In this document: one piece after another, positions 51,886-64,000 of the stretch
Layout: every line of letters starts with the position of its first letter
Numbering within the stretch: position 1 is the first letter of the stretch
Assembly: GCF_963921235.1 (NCBI RefSeq)
Contig: NC_086097.1
Span: forward strand, 229,836,001-229,900,000
Length of the DNA: 64,000 nucleotides
Source of the DNA: Mobula hypostoma
Taxonomy: Eukaryota
Direction: 5' to 3'
Notes under the pieces: model-generated
What the model saw: the letters and a program-made list of their open reading frames with translations, nothing else
Database searches by the model: none
Told to the model about the DNA's origin: nothing
Position numbers and translations under genes: made by a program

Positions 51886-53571
51886 ATCAACACGCCTATA
51901 AAAAGAGAAAAAAACAATCACAAGAAGGAGTTGGGCTCTCTAGGAGCAATGGAAAAGCTACATACAGCAGCAGATCGTGGAGTGAATTCTAATTTTGGGA
52001 GAACAGAAAGGCTTAAATAGAGGGTGGAAGGAATAAGACAAGAGACTTCAAAGGAGCATCATCCTAGCAACGTTCAATTTCTTCTACCAAAACTATATTT
52101 GCATTAGTTACGCATTTTGATATTTTCTAAAATTAGATGAACCTATTTACTAAAATCTGTCTATTGTTATGATCACTCCAGTGGTTAAAAAAATTAACCG
52201 AACATTTGAAACAACAACTCCAAGCTCTACAGCACTTAGCAAAGACCAAAAATTATTTGCATTGAATTACAGTCACAGATAGTCATTGAACTGTACAGTA
52301 CAGAAACAGAAACAGGCCTTTCCCTAACAACCAAGTGTCTTCCTGAACCCCTTAGTTTCTCACTCAATTTTTAGACATCAAAAGGCAGTACACCTTACCA
52401 CATTTTCCATATGATAACTGTACATGCATCCCACACGGTGTTCGTACGAAAATTGTCTGTTCTCTTAACATTGGATAAAATACATGTTTAAATATGCATA
52501 ATGAGAAAACACTAATAGATTTCTTCCCAATAAAGTATTTTGAGTTGAGCATTCCAAAAATGAAAGGTTAAGTAAATTCCTAGATACAAGACCATAAAAT
52601 ATAGAAGCAGAATTAGGCCATTTGGCCCATCGAATCTGCTCCCCCATTTCATCATGGTTGATCCGTTTTCCCTCTCAGTCCCAATCTCCTGCCTTTCCCC
52701 CAGATATAGCTTTAAAAAGATTGCAATGCAGTGGTTGTGTGTCTCAAGACGTCCACAGGATATAACATGGAGGGTGGACCAATACATTTAAGTAAAGAAT
52801 TTTTCAGAAGAAAGGTGAAAACAATAATTACCATGAAAATTACAGGAGAATAACACTATTTAAGAAATGGAAATAGTTTGTGGCACAAACTATTTTTATA
52901 TGCAAATCCCATTGCAAATCTAAACCACCGCTTTAAGTTACCAAATGGGTAATAATCGAACTTTAAAACAGGAACAGAACACTTGAAGGTTGACAACATG
53001 TACAAAGTAACGGCACGTCCCTAGAAACGGAACCACTTGCTGAAAAACAGATATGTTAATTATGTGAATTGAAGATTGGTTTGGCTCTGGAAGGAACATT
53101 CTTGCCTCTGAATCAGTCACTGTGGTTTTATGTACCATTTCAGAGGCATGAGCCATGATTTCGACTGGCACTTAATGCAATACTGAAGGAGCACTTGATC
53201 CAGAAAGTTCCCATCTTTCAGGTGAGAAATTAAAACAAGGCCACATTCACCTTCTCTAGGATGCCTAAATATTTTATCACATAACATTGTTTGAAGACCA
53301 ATATTTATCTCTTCATCAATACAGCTCAGAATTTTTTTTTGTTATATATATCCACATTTTGGGTGGTGGAGTGGTGATACGTCTCTACCAAAGAAGGTGT
53401 AGGATGCTCCTTCCCTCTGCTAGTCTGCAGGCCACCCTTGGACAAGGTCTAGCACCTGCTTAGCCCCTCGATCTGAGTCACATGAAGCCATGAAAGCAGC
53501 TGGTGTATAATACAAGTGTTGGTTATGTGACCACTGAAGCCAGGCAAACAATCTCTGAAGAGTATTGATAA

Positions 53572-56500
53572 CACTGGATAACAAAGATTTTGCTTCCTGA
53601 ATTCTTTCAGGTGTATCTTATGGATTTTGGGCCGCCGATCAAGAAAGTCACTATGAAATATCCCTATCTTGCACCATTTTTTTCAAATTGCTTGTATTTG
53701 TTATTTTAATTCATAATTCAAGTCAGAATAACTGATGCCAAGATTAAGGCAGGCATTTTTGTTGGTCCACAAATCAAACAGGCCTTCAATGACAGACAAT
53801 TGGAAGAACATCAAGTGGGATTGGAGAAAATTGCATGAAAGGCATTCAGAGTTGTTGGTTGGAAATTTTCTTGGTTATTTCTTCAGCGGTTTGAAAGGGG
53901 CACAACTGCACAAGCATGTGGACGTCAGCCAGTGAGAACAGCAAGAAGAGTTTAAAAAGAAGAGAGGTTTATACAGTAGAGGGAGTAGAGTAGGAAGGCT
54001 TTGGCTCAACGGGGCTTCAGCGACAAAGGGTGGAGGCGAGGTAGGTTAACTGTGTAGAATACAGACAGAAAGTACGTGAGTGAGGCTGGTTTTCTGTGCT
54101 CTCTGTCAGATGTGGGAGGTCCTAGAGACTCCCAGCCTCCCAGATGGCCACATCTGCGCCAGGTGCGTCGAGCTGCAACTCGATGACCTTCGTCTGGTCA
54201 GGGAGTGAGGAGGTGATAGAGAGGAGCTATAGGCAGGTAGTCACACCGGGGCCTGGGGAGACAGATAAGTGGATAACAGTCAGGAGAGGGAACGGCAAGA
54301 GGCAGATACTAGAGAGTACCCCAGTGGCTGTCCCCCTCAACAGTAAGTACTCCTGTTTGAGTATGGGGGAGACGGCCTACCTGGGGGAAGCAACAGTGGT
54401 CGCGCCTCTGGCACAGAGTCTGGCTCTGTGGCTCAGAAGGGTAGGGAAAGGAAGAGGATGGCAGCAGTGATAGGGGACTCTATAGTTAGAGGGTCAGACA
54501 GATGATTCTGTGGGCTCAGGAAAGAAACCCGAATGGTAGTTTGCCTCCCAGGTGCCAGGGTCCGTGATGTTTCTGATCGCATCCACAATATCTTGAAGTG
54601 GGAAGGAGAACAGCCAGAGGTTGTGGTACATATTGGTACAAACGACATAGGTAGGAAAAAGGAGGAGGTCCTGAAATCAGACTACAGGGAGTTAGAAAGG
54701 AAATTGAGAAGTAGGACCTCAAAGGTAGTAATCTCGGGATTACTGCTTGTGCCATGTGACAGTGAGTATAGGAATAGAGTGAGGTGGAGGATAAATGCGT
54801 GGCTAAGGAATTGGAGCAGGGGACAGGAATTCAGATTTCTGGATCATTGGGACCTCTTTTGGGGCAGGTGTGACCTGTACAAAAAGGACAGGTTGCACTT
54901 GAATCCCAGGAGGACCAATATCCTGGCGAGGAGGTTTGCTAAAGCTACTGGGGAGAGCTTAAACTAGAACTGCTGGGGGGTGGGAACCGAACTGAAGTGA
55001 CCGTGGAAAGGGAGGTTGGCTCACAAATAGAGAAAGCTTGGAGAGAGTGTGAGAGGGAGGATAGGCAGGTGATAGAGAAGGGAGACACTCAGACTGATAG
55101 TTTGAGATGTGTCTATTTTAATGCGAGGAGTATTGTGAACAAAATGGATGAGCTTAGAGTGTGAATCAGCACTTGGTGCCATGTCGTGGCCATTACAGAG
55201 ACTTGGATGGTGCAGGGGCAGGAATGGCTACTTCAAGTGCCAGGCTTTAGATGTTTCAGAAAGGACAGGGAGGGAGGCAAAAGAGGTGGGAGCGTGGTAA
55301 TGTTGAACAGGGATTGTGTCACAGCTGCAGAGAAGGAGAAAGTCATGGAGGGGCTGTCTACAGAGTCTCTGTGGATGGAAGTTAGGAATAAGAAGGGGTC
55401 AATTACTGTACTGGGTGCTTTTTATAGACCACCCAATAGTAACAGGGACATCGAGGGAGACAGATTCTGCAAAGATGAAATAATAACAGGGCTGTTGTGG
55501 TGGGAGATACTAATTTCCCAAATATTGATTGGCACCTCCCTAGAGTTAGAAGTTTAGATGGGGTGGAGTTTGTTAGGTGTGCTCAGGAAGGTTTCTTGTC
55601 ACAATATGTAGATGAGCCAACAAGAGGAGAAGCCGTACTTGATCTGGTATTGGGAAATGAACCTGGTCAGGTGTCAGGTCTCTCAGTGGGAGAGCACTTT
55701 GGAGATAGTGATCACAATTCTATCTCCTTTACCACAGCACTGGAGAAGGATAGTTACAGACAAGTAGGGGAAAAGTTTAATTGGAGTAAGGGGAAATATG
55801 AGGCTATCAGGCAGGAACTTGGAAGCATAAATTGGAAACAGATGTTCTCAGGGAAACGTACAGAAAAAATGTGGCAAATATTTAGGGGATATTTGCGTGA
55901 GGTTCTGCATAGGTACATTCCAATGAGACAGGGAAAGGATGGTAGGGTACAGGAACCGTGGTGTACAAAGGTTGTTGTAAATCTTGTCAAGAAGAAAAGA
56001 AGAGCTTACGAAAGGTTCAAAAAAACTAGGTAATGATAGAGATCTAGAAGATTATAAGGCTGGCAGGAAGGAGCTTAAGAATGAAATTAGGAGAGCTAGC
56101 AAGGGCAATGAGAAGGCCTTGGCGGACAGGATTAAGGAAAACCCCCAAGCATTCTACAAGTATGTGAAGAGTAAGAGGATAAGACATGACAGAATAGGAC
56201 CAATCAAGTGTGTCTGGAACCAGAGGAGATAGCAGAGGTACTTAATGAATACTTTGCTTCAGTATTCACTACAGAAAGGACCTTGGCGATTGTAGGGATG
56301 ACTTGCAGCAGACTGAGAAGCTTAAGTATATAGATATTAATGAAGAGGATGTACTGGAGCTGTTGGAAAGCATCAAGTTGGATAAGTCACCAGGACCGGA
56401 TGAGATGTACCCCAGGCTACTGTGGGAGGCGAGGGAGGAGATTGCTGAGCCTCTGGCAATAATTTTTGCATCATCTAAGAGGACGGGAGAGGGTGCGGAG

Positions 56501-57881
56501 GATTGGAGGGTTGCGGATGTTGTTCCCTTATTCAAGAAAGGCAGTAGAGCTAGCCCAGGAGATTATAGACCAGTGAGTCTTACTTCAGTGGTTGGTAAGT
56601 TGATGGAGAAGATCCTGAGAGCCAGGATTTATGAACATTTGGAGAGGCATAATATGATTAGGAATAGTCAGTATGGCTTTGTCAAAGGCAGGTCATGCCT
56701 TATGAGCCTGATTGAGTTTTTTGAGGATGTGACTAAACACAGTGATGAAGGTACAGCAGTAGATGTAGTGTATATGGATTTCAGCAAGGCATTTGATAAG
56801 GTACTCCATGCAAGGCTTACTGAGAAAGTAAGGAGGCATGGGATCCAAGGGGACATTGCCTTGTGGATCCAGAACTGGTTTGTCCACAGAAGGCAGAGTG
56901 TTTGTAGATGGCTCATATTCTGCATGGAGGTTGGTGACCAGTGGTGTGCCTCAGGGATCTGTTCTGGAATCCCTTCTCTTCGTGATTTTCATAAATGACC
57001 TGGATGAGGAAGTGGAGGAATGGGTTAGTAAATTTGCTGATGACACAAAGGTTGGGGGTGTTGTGGATAGTGTGGAGGGCTGTCAGCGGGACATTGATAG
57101 GATGCAAAACTGGACTGAGAAGTGGCAGATGGACACCTCACTACAGGAAGGATATGGAAACCATAGAAAGGGTGCAGAGGAGATTTACAAGGATGTTTCC
57201 TAGACTGGGGAGCATGCCTTATGAGAATAGGTTGAGTGAACTCAGCCTTTTCACTTTAGAGCGACGGAGGATGAGAGGTGATCTGATAGAGGTGTACAAA
57301 TAATGAGAGGCATTGATCCTATAAGATAATGAGAGGCATTGATCATGTGGATAGTCAAAGGCATTTCCCCAGGGCTGAAATGGCTAGCACGAGAGGGCAC
57401 AGTTTTAAGGTGCTTGGAAGTAGGTACAGAGGAGATGTCACGGGTAAGTTTTTTTACACAGAGAGTGGTGAGTGCATGGAATAGGCTGCCGGCGGCAGTA
57501 GTAGAGGTGGAAATGGAGGGTCTTTTAAGAGACTCCTGGATAGGTACATGGAGCTTAGAAAAATAGAGGGCTATGGGTAAGCTTAGGTAATTTCTAAGGT
57601 CAGGACATGTTCGGCACAGCTTTGTGGGCCGAAGGGCCTGTATTGTGCTGTAGGTTTTCTATGTTTCTAACTACAGAGCACCAAGCCACATGCAGCTGGT
57701 TGAGAGCATGCTTCCCATTTAGACTTCTTCCCTGCAAATCTTGACATACATTGAGGTCATAGAGAAATAGTATCAAGGCAACAGGAATCCATCAATGCCG
57801 GCTGATTATTGTTGGACACTTAAGTGAGAAGCATCAGACACTGAGTATAAACAAAAGCATCAACTAATTCGCTGTCCAGTG
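53572..57881 (+). mobile_element. Chapaev3-like DNA transposon remnant split by a CR1
   Basis: CACTGGA...TCCAGTG ends with TAA TSD (53569-71, 57882-84); 53572-53880 and 57670-57881 match 39283-40059. Confidence 0.8.
53881..57669 (+). mobile_element. Near full-length CR1 LINE (ORF1 esterase-like; ORF2 APE + RT), inactivated
   Basis: VVCLPGARV..VHIGTNDI..LHLN (54533-54967); AITETW, FYRPPNS, VGDTNFPNIDW, GDSDHN; YRPVSLTSVVGK, YMDFSKAFDKV, SGVPQGSVL, KFADDTK; stops, frameshifts and a deletion near 57130. Confidence 0.95.
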
Positions 57882-59473
57882 TAATGGCTGGGGTCACCAG
57901 TCATCTAAAAACACTGCCTAGAAGAAGGCAATGGCAAACCACTTCTGTAGAAAAATTTGCCAAGAACAATAATGATCAAAGACCATGTCGCCAACATCAT
58001 ACGGCACAGCACAATGATGTATACAAATTGTCCTGCACTTTTTAGATTAGACAGTGTTAATATTTCAAATGCATTTCAATGATTGTAAAGTGCTTTTAGC
58101 AAAGTTGTTAATTAAATTAACAGAATTATGTTTTTTATCTTTACTGCTCATTTCCTTAATAAGTTTATCAGACGCTGTTAAAATGTCAGACAGCCTGGAG
58201 CAGCCTATTTTGTTTCTTCCAAGTTATGGATGAGTGAAAGAGATGACAAGTTGGTAAGCAAAAGAAACAGAAAGAAACGACTACCTCTGAAATACTGGCC
58301 GTTCTAGATGTAATGTTCAACAAATGACAGATTAATTGCTTTTCAGCACTTTGAGTTAAAGGATGCTACAATCGAAACTTTCTGCATTCAGTAAAAACAA
58401 AGGGACAAGTTGAGGTTTAACAAAATGCACATAAAGTTGATTTAAGACAAAGATAGTTTTCATCTGAGCTAATACAGCTGCCAAGAAATTCCAGCCAATG
58501 GTTCCTATGCACTAACCATTTGAAGAATTGACCTGCTGTTGGGTGTTGCATGTAATGGTTGTGTGCAACGTTTCAATCTCAAATTCTAAAATGGCAAATA
58601 AATTAAATCTGACAATTTGCGAGCTAACGCCAAATTTAAAAACTTGATAATGAGAGCTGCGATACTGATGCAAGAACCCTACTGAATCACTCAGGTCCGT
58701 GGAGTAAGGGAAACCTCCAATGCTTTGGAGTCCCATATTGCATGGCTGGTCAGGATAATGAGGGATTAATGGAGCCTTAAGAACAAAAACAAAAAAATAC
58801 TTCTCCTTGAGTGAAAAATCACTTTGCTCTGAAATACAAGAACAAACCTTCCTAGTTACCTGTCACTATTAAAACTTACAATCCATTCACTGATGAAACT
58901 ATGACAACAAGGAGATAGCCAATTAGGACTCAAAATGAGGAAGTATATATTCACTTAGAGAGTTGCAAACAGAACATAGAACACCACAGCACAGTACAGG
59001 CCTTTCGGCCCACAATGTTAGGCCGACTTCGAACCCCATCTGCCACTTCAAAGGAGTCAAAGAATTTAAAGTACATTTATTATCGAAGTATGTATGCAGT
59101 ATACAACCCTGAGATTTGTCTTCCCCACAGACAGTCACCAAACAAAGAAAACCATGGAACCTGTTCAAAGAGAAAACGTCAACACCTGCCCCCTCCCACC
59201 AATGTGCAAAAATACAAATTGCACAATCGGCAGCAAGATCATGAACCCATTCCCTCCCACGCAAACAACACAAGAAGGAGCAAGTGAAAACACAGAACGT
59301 GAAGCACAAAATCATAAGAGTCCATATTCATTTCAGCTCAAGTGTTCATCTTCTACAGGGCCACTCTGATTCAAAGCAGCCCAAAATAGCAACAGAAAAA
59401 TGACCGACCAAGAACTACAGTCCAAACTACAAACCGCAGACACAGAACTGCGGTACCATCCTCGGACAACATA

Positions 59474-59608
59474 GAGAGTGAGAGAGTGAGAGACTGAGGG
59501 TGAAAGTGTGAGAGTGAGGGAGAGAGTGAGAGTGTGAGAGTGAGAGTGAATGAGGGAGAGTGAGAGTGAGAGAGAGAGAGAGAGAGAGAATGAGAATGAG
59601 AATGAGAA
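59474..59608. repeat. Compound (GA)n/(GAGT)n/(GAATGA)n microsatellite inside a dispersed repeat (59055-59760)
   Basis: Directly visible purine-rich simple repeat. Confidence 0.9.
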
Positions 59609-60245
59609 AGAATTCAAACACAGGGGCTCTCCCTCGGGGGCAGCAAGCGAGAGGGAGAGAGAGACTGGCACACGTTGACACCTTCTTCCTCGGGCAGCAG
59701 CAAGAGACAGGCTGGTAGACAGCGCTGCAATCTCGCTTCGATGGTTTCGATCTCCTCGGCCCAACTTTGCATCTTGTCAATGTCCTGTTACAACCTACGA
59801 AAACCTTCGACACTACCCACAGCTCCACTCACCTTCATGGCATCTGCAAACTTGCCAACCTACCACTTCCTCATCCAAGTCATTTATAACCCCCCAAACA
59901 GCAAGGGTCCCAGAACAGATCCCTATGGAACACCACTGGTCACCGAGCTCCAGGCAGAAAACGCTCCACCCACAGTCTTTGGGGTTTTCGAGACCAGAGG
60001 ATTCTGTAATTGCTCAATCACTGAGTATATTTAAAACCAAAATTGATAGACTTTTAGGCACTAAAGGGATCACAGGATCTGAGGATCAGGCCAGAAAAAG
60101 GAATTGATACGCAACATCAGTCATAATGTCGTTGAAAAGCTGAGTGAGCTCAAGGAGCCTGTGGTGTGTCTCTTACATAACAGTAAACATTCATTTGCTA
60201 TTTGGAAAAGTGTTGTTAAATATTACAGAAATGCACTTAAATAGT

Positions 60246-60750
60246 CAGAACCAGAATCAGGTTTATTATCACCATCATGTGTCATGAAATTTGTTAACGT
60301 AGCAGCACCAGTTCAATGCAACGCATAATATAGAAGGGGAAAAAACAAAATAATAATAATAAATAAGTAAATCAATTATAGTATTGAACAGATTAAAAAT
60401 CATGCAAAAAAACAGAAATAATATACGTATATTAGTGAGGTAGTGTTCACAGGTTCAATGTCCATTTAGGAATCGAATGACAGAGGGGAAGAAGCTGTTC
60501 CTGAATCGCTAGGTGTGCCTTCGGGCTTCTGTACCTCCCACCTGATGGTAATGGTGAAAAAAGGGCACATTCTGGGTGCTGGAGGTCCTTAATAATGGAC
60601 GCTGCTATTCTGAGATACCGCTCCTTGAAGATGTCCTGGGTACTTTGTAGGTGGAGATGGAGCCGACTAAATTTACAACCCTCTGCAGCTTCTTTCAGTC
60701 CTGTTCAGTAGCCCCCCACCACACCAGACAGTGATGCAGCCTATCAGAAT
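60246..60750 (-). mobile_element. Rex1/Babar 3' fragment
   Basis: cagaaccagaatcaggtttattatc tail; ggggaagaagctgttcctgaatc..ccacaccagacagtgatgcagcc. Confidence 0.75.
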
Positions 60751-63367
60751 AGTTCACTCCATGTTATAAAATAAGATAATAAATTAAATTATCTATTAAT
60801 TCTGTTTTATTTTGGATCTCCAGCATCTTTTTATTTAATTTTCACTTACTGAATAATTAATCAGACCAGGGGTGTGCACATTTTGTGGATTTCACCTAGG
60901 GCAAAGAACACCTTCAGGCTTGTTAGTCAAATGTCAACCAGAGTTCCCATTCCTGGTCAATTCTCAGTAAGCCCTGCACCTACACATAGACTACTGTATG
61001 TAAACTAATCTTTGTATATACGGCCACACTCAGTTATTTGTACATTGTGTTTTACAGGATTGCTTTTATATTTATATTCATTGTGTTTTTACGCTTATTG
61101 GGTTTTTTTAATGCTGCATCAGATCTGGAGTTAACAATCGTTTTGTTCTCCTTACATTTAGTGGCAATAAGTAATCTTAAATCCTGAATCTTGAAGAAAT
61201 GTTTCTCCACATCAGAAATATCTAAAATCTGAGGATATAGATTTAGAAGGGAAAAGGGTGGATTTTTTTCTCACTCAAAGTGCATTTGAAACCTGGAAGA
61301 CACTTCCTGATGGGGTGTCAAAATCTGGGAGAAACTTCCTGTTGGGAGGCAGGTACTCTCACAGTACTTACAGTAACTCAGCATTTGAAATGCTATGGCA
61401 TTGAAGACTATAGGCAGAGCGCTGGAAGATAGGATTAGCGGGGACTGAAGGGGCTGGTTCGAGAGTTTTATGACACTTGAAGATCTCAGCATTCCTCCAA
61501 TTGTACCCTAGTGTTCCTCCCAATTTTGATTTCTCCACCACTGGTGTCAATGTTTTTGGCCAAACTCAGTTTTAATTTCCTCCAAGATTCTCCATGTCTC
61601 CCTAAGTTAGTCCTTAACATTTGCTTTCAAGTTTTAATCATGTGACTCAATATCCTCTACTGCAGTTCTGCATCTGAAATGTTTCGATAACTCTCTTGTG
61701 TGGCAGCTTGGAATGGTACACCAGACTGAAGGCACTAAATAAATGCAAGATGTTCAAATTGCCCTGTGTCACTTTGCAGTGCTCATCAATTATCATAGAA
61801 TTCTAGCCTGATCTGTGAGCAAAGTGACTTTAGGTAGGGCCACTCTGAGCGGGATTTTGTAGGTGATCTCCCTTACAGGTCACTGGTGAACCTTGTTATG
61901 TATTTTCCCTTTCCATGTAAATGTATCATTGTATTTGCTCTTCCTTCTCCTGGTAACTCCACTGTGCAAAATTGGGGCTCATCACAGTCTGTAACACTAG
62001 CTCCTTATTGCCCAGGGCACCTGGAGTTCATTTTCATCCTGCCTCTCAAACACATTCGCAGCATCACCTCATGACAATATTCTGAAATGCCCTTGCTTCT
62101 GTACAACAGGCTAACATTAAAAACTCAGCTCCTCACTTTTATAAAAATCGTCACCCTTAATCTGCACTGCACCTAAACTGAATCCATTTCTATGTCCACA
62201 TTCTCAACAATCTTCCAAATTCCATGACCTCCATACCTACAAGGAGTTCTGGTTTACTGCTAATGAATTTAACAGCAAGATTTCATTGTAACTTTCCTTT
62301 CTCTTTCGGCATCCAGCTGGTTAAGTAAATAAGGATGTGGCGGCCTGGTCTGGGACACGACAAAAGGAAGGGGCAGAAGCAGAAGGCTTGAATCTCCTCC
62401 ATCATTCAGTAGGATCAAACATAATCCCATGCTTTCATTTTCCTAACTGATTCCCACGTCTCGCAGTTCCCTCAGCATCCAAAAATCTATCAATTTCAGC
62501 CTTGAATTTTGTTAGTTCTCTAAGGGGGGGGGGTGTCTCCAAAAAATTACAGCCATCTGCATGATTAACCCTGGCAATAGTTGCTTGGCAATTAGGAGGG
62601 AGATTGGAACTTGAGTTTGGAGAGACGCACAGAGAGGCAGAGAGAGATAGACAGAGTCAGAGAGAGGCAGAGAGAGAACTTGTGATTGCAATGGGAGATA
62701 AAGCAAAATAAAGGTTTACTTTTTCCAAAATTGAACATATTTTATTCAAATGAAAGATAAAATTGGAAATAACATACTAAAATCATTCTTACTATTCATA
62801 TATACTTGCGGTTCATGAGAATTTGCTGTCGTTAATTTTTAAACACTGACTTACTGACAATTGTCCTTGTGCCAACTGCATTATGGGAAACAAGGCCAGA
62901 ATGCAAACGGTGGGGGGGTGGGGAAGGGAAGATGAGATGCCAGCAGCATAGAGTTGTAGCTACCACAGCCTGTCCAAGTCAGATAGAGCCACATGCCAAG
63001 GCGGCAGGTGGCTGTTTCACTTTTAATTTATTATTTTTAAATGAGAGCACTTAAAAATGCAAATTTAAATTTGGTGAAGCAACAATAACAGTGTTGTAGC
63101 ATCCGCACACCTATTCCAATAATGCTATGCAACATGTAAACTTACTGTGTGGGCAGTGAGCAGATTATAATTGCAAAATAAATAAATTTATTATGCCAGC
63201 AGCAGTCAGCTGGAAACCCACAAAAGTAAATTTTTTTAACTAGAAAAATATGAATCAGCTGATCTAAATAGCAAATCTACGTCATGCAGAAGAACCAAAG
63301 ATTTTCCATCCTATGTACATTCTAACATTGCTATTCTAATACAATGTTATGCCTCTCTAAAGACCAG

Positions 63368-63800
63368 TATCAAATCAAGTTTATTATCATTTAACTATAT
63401 ACTGTATATGTATGTAACGTATATAACCAAATAATGTATATAGAAACAAGACAATGTTTCTCCGAATCAGGGTGTAAAGTGCATAACACACAATAACTTA
63501 ACAAGGTAAGAATAAAATCTACAGATGGATTACACATAAATAACAAACTATAGTGTATTAATATTAAATATTGTACTAGAACAGTGACACTTCAAATACG
63601 ATGTGGCAGGGAGCTCAGAAGCCTAATGGCCTGGGGGAAGAACCTGTTTCTCATTCTAACCATTCCTGTTTTTATGCATCGTAGTCTTCTGCCTGACTGT
63701 AGAAAGTCAAAGAGGATGCTAGATGGATGGGTCGGATCTTTAATAGAGCCCTGCATATACAGCGCTCGTGATAAATGTCCCTCATGGATGGTAGGCAAAT
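63368..63800 (-). mobile_element. Rex1/Babar 3' fragment
   Basis: ORF 63592-63807 IKDPTHPS..LQSGRRLRCIK..NRFFPQAIRLL. Confidence 0.8.
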
Positions 63801-64000
63801 TTCTCAATATTTTAGATTGAAATTTCTTTCTCCATGAAGAAATGACAGTCTTTCGAGTTAAATCACTTCTTTGAGAAGCTTAAGCTAACTAGAAAATATG
63901 ATTAGCAATTTGCGAATTATGCAAAGCTTTAAAAAAAAGTCCTTGAGATCTGTTGGGCAATATCACTCATGGTCATAAGATAACCAAGTGGCCTCCTTGT

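Larger units (their letters stand above)
53360..58020 (+). mobile_element. RTE-related short repeat split by the Chapaev3 insertion (pieces 53360-53571, 57885-58020)
   Basis: Right piece carries agaagaaggcaatggcaaaccacttctgtag; the halves rejoin at the duplicated TAA. Confidence 0.55.

Noticed and set aside
54533..54967. Host SGNH/GDSL esterase gene
   Set aside because: It is the ORF1 esterase-like domain of a CR1 LINE, directly followed by APE and RT sequence.
57300..57344. 19-bp direct repeat ataatgagaggcattgatc
   Set aside because: Small local duplication inside a dead CR1 with no further structure.

Overview
Repeat-dense, AT-rich eukaryotic DNA, not prokaryotic. The repeat mix (CR1, Rex1/Babar, L2, RTE and Penelope-like retroelements; Tc1, Tigger, hAT and Chapaev3 DNA transposons) suggests a cartilaginous fish, probably a ray; this is inference. 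I can identify no host protein-coding gene, and the recognisable ORFs in the track are broken transposon reading frames. A few minus-strand exon-like segments are noted at low confidence. The most interesting signal is a set of at least 8 dispersed Penelope-like element ends carrying minimal type I hammerhead ribozyme motifs (CUGANGA-A-helix II-GAAAC-GUC). Four keep an intact catalytic core, and several sit in short fold-back inserts flanked by 14-20 bp target-site duplications (TSDs). Such ribozymes are a known class, so this is a striking local instance rather than a new system. Also present: three solo LTRs with TSDs, a hAT-in-hAT composite, two Chapaev3 remnants, several multi-layer nested insertions, and two adjacent related minisatellites, one with a 335-bp higher-order repeat. 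Boundaries not anchored by a TIR or TSD are approximate, and family names come from motif recognition, not a database search.
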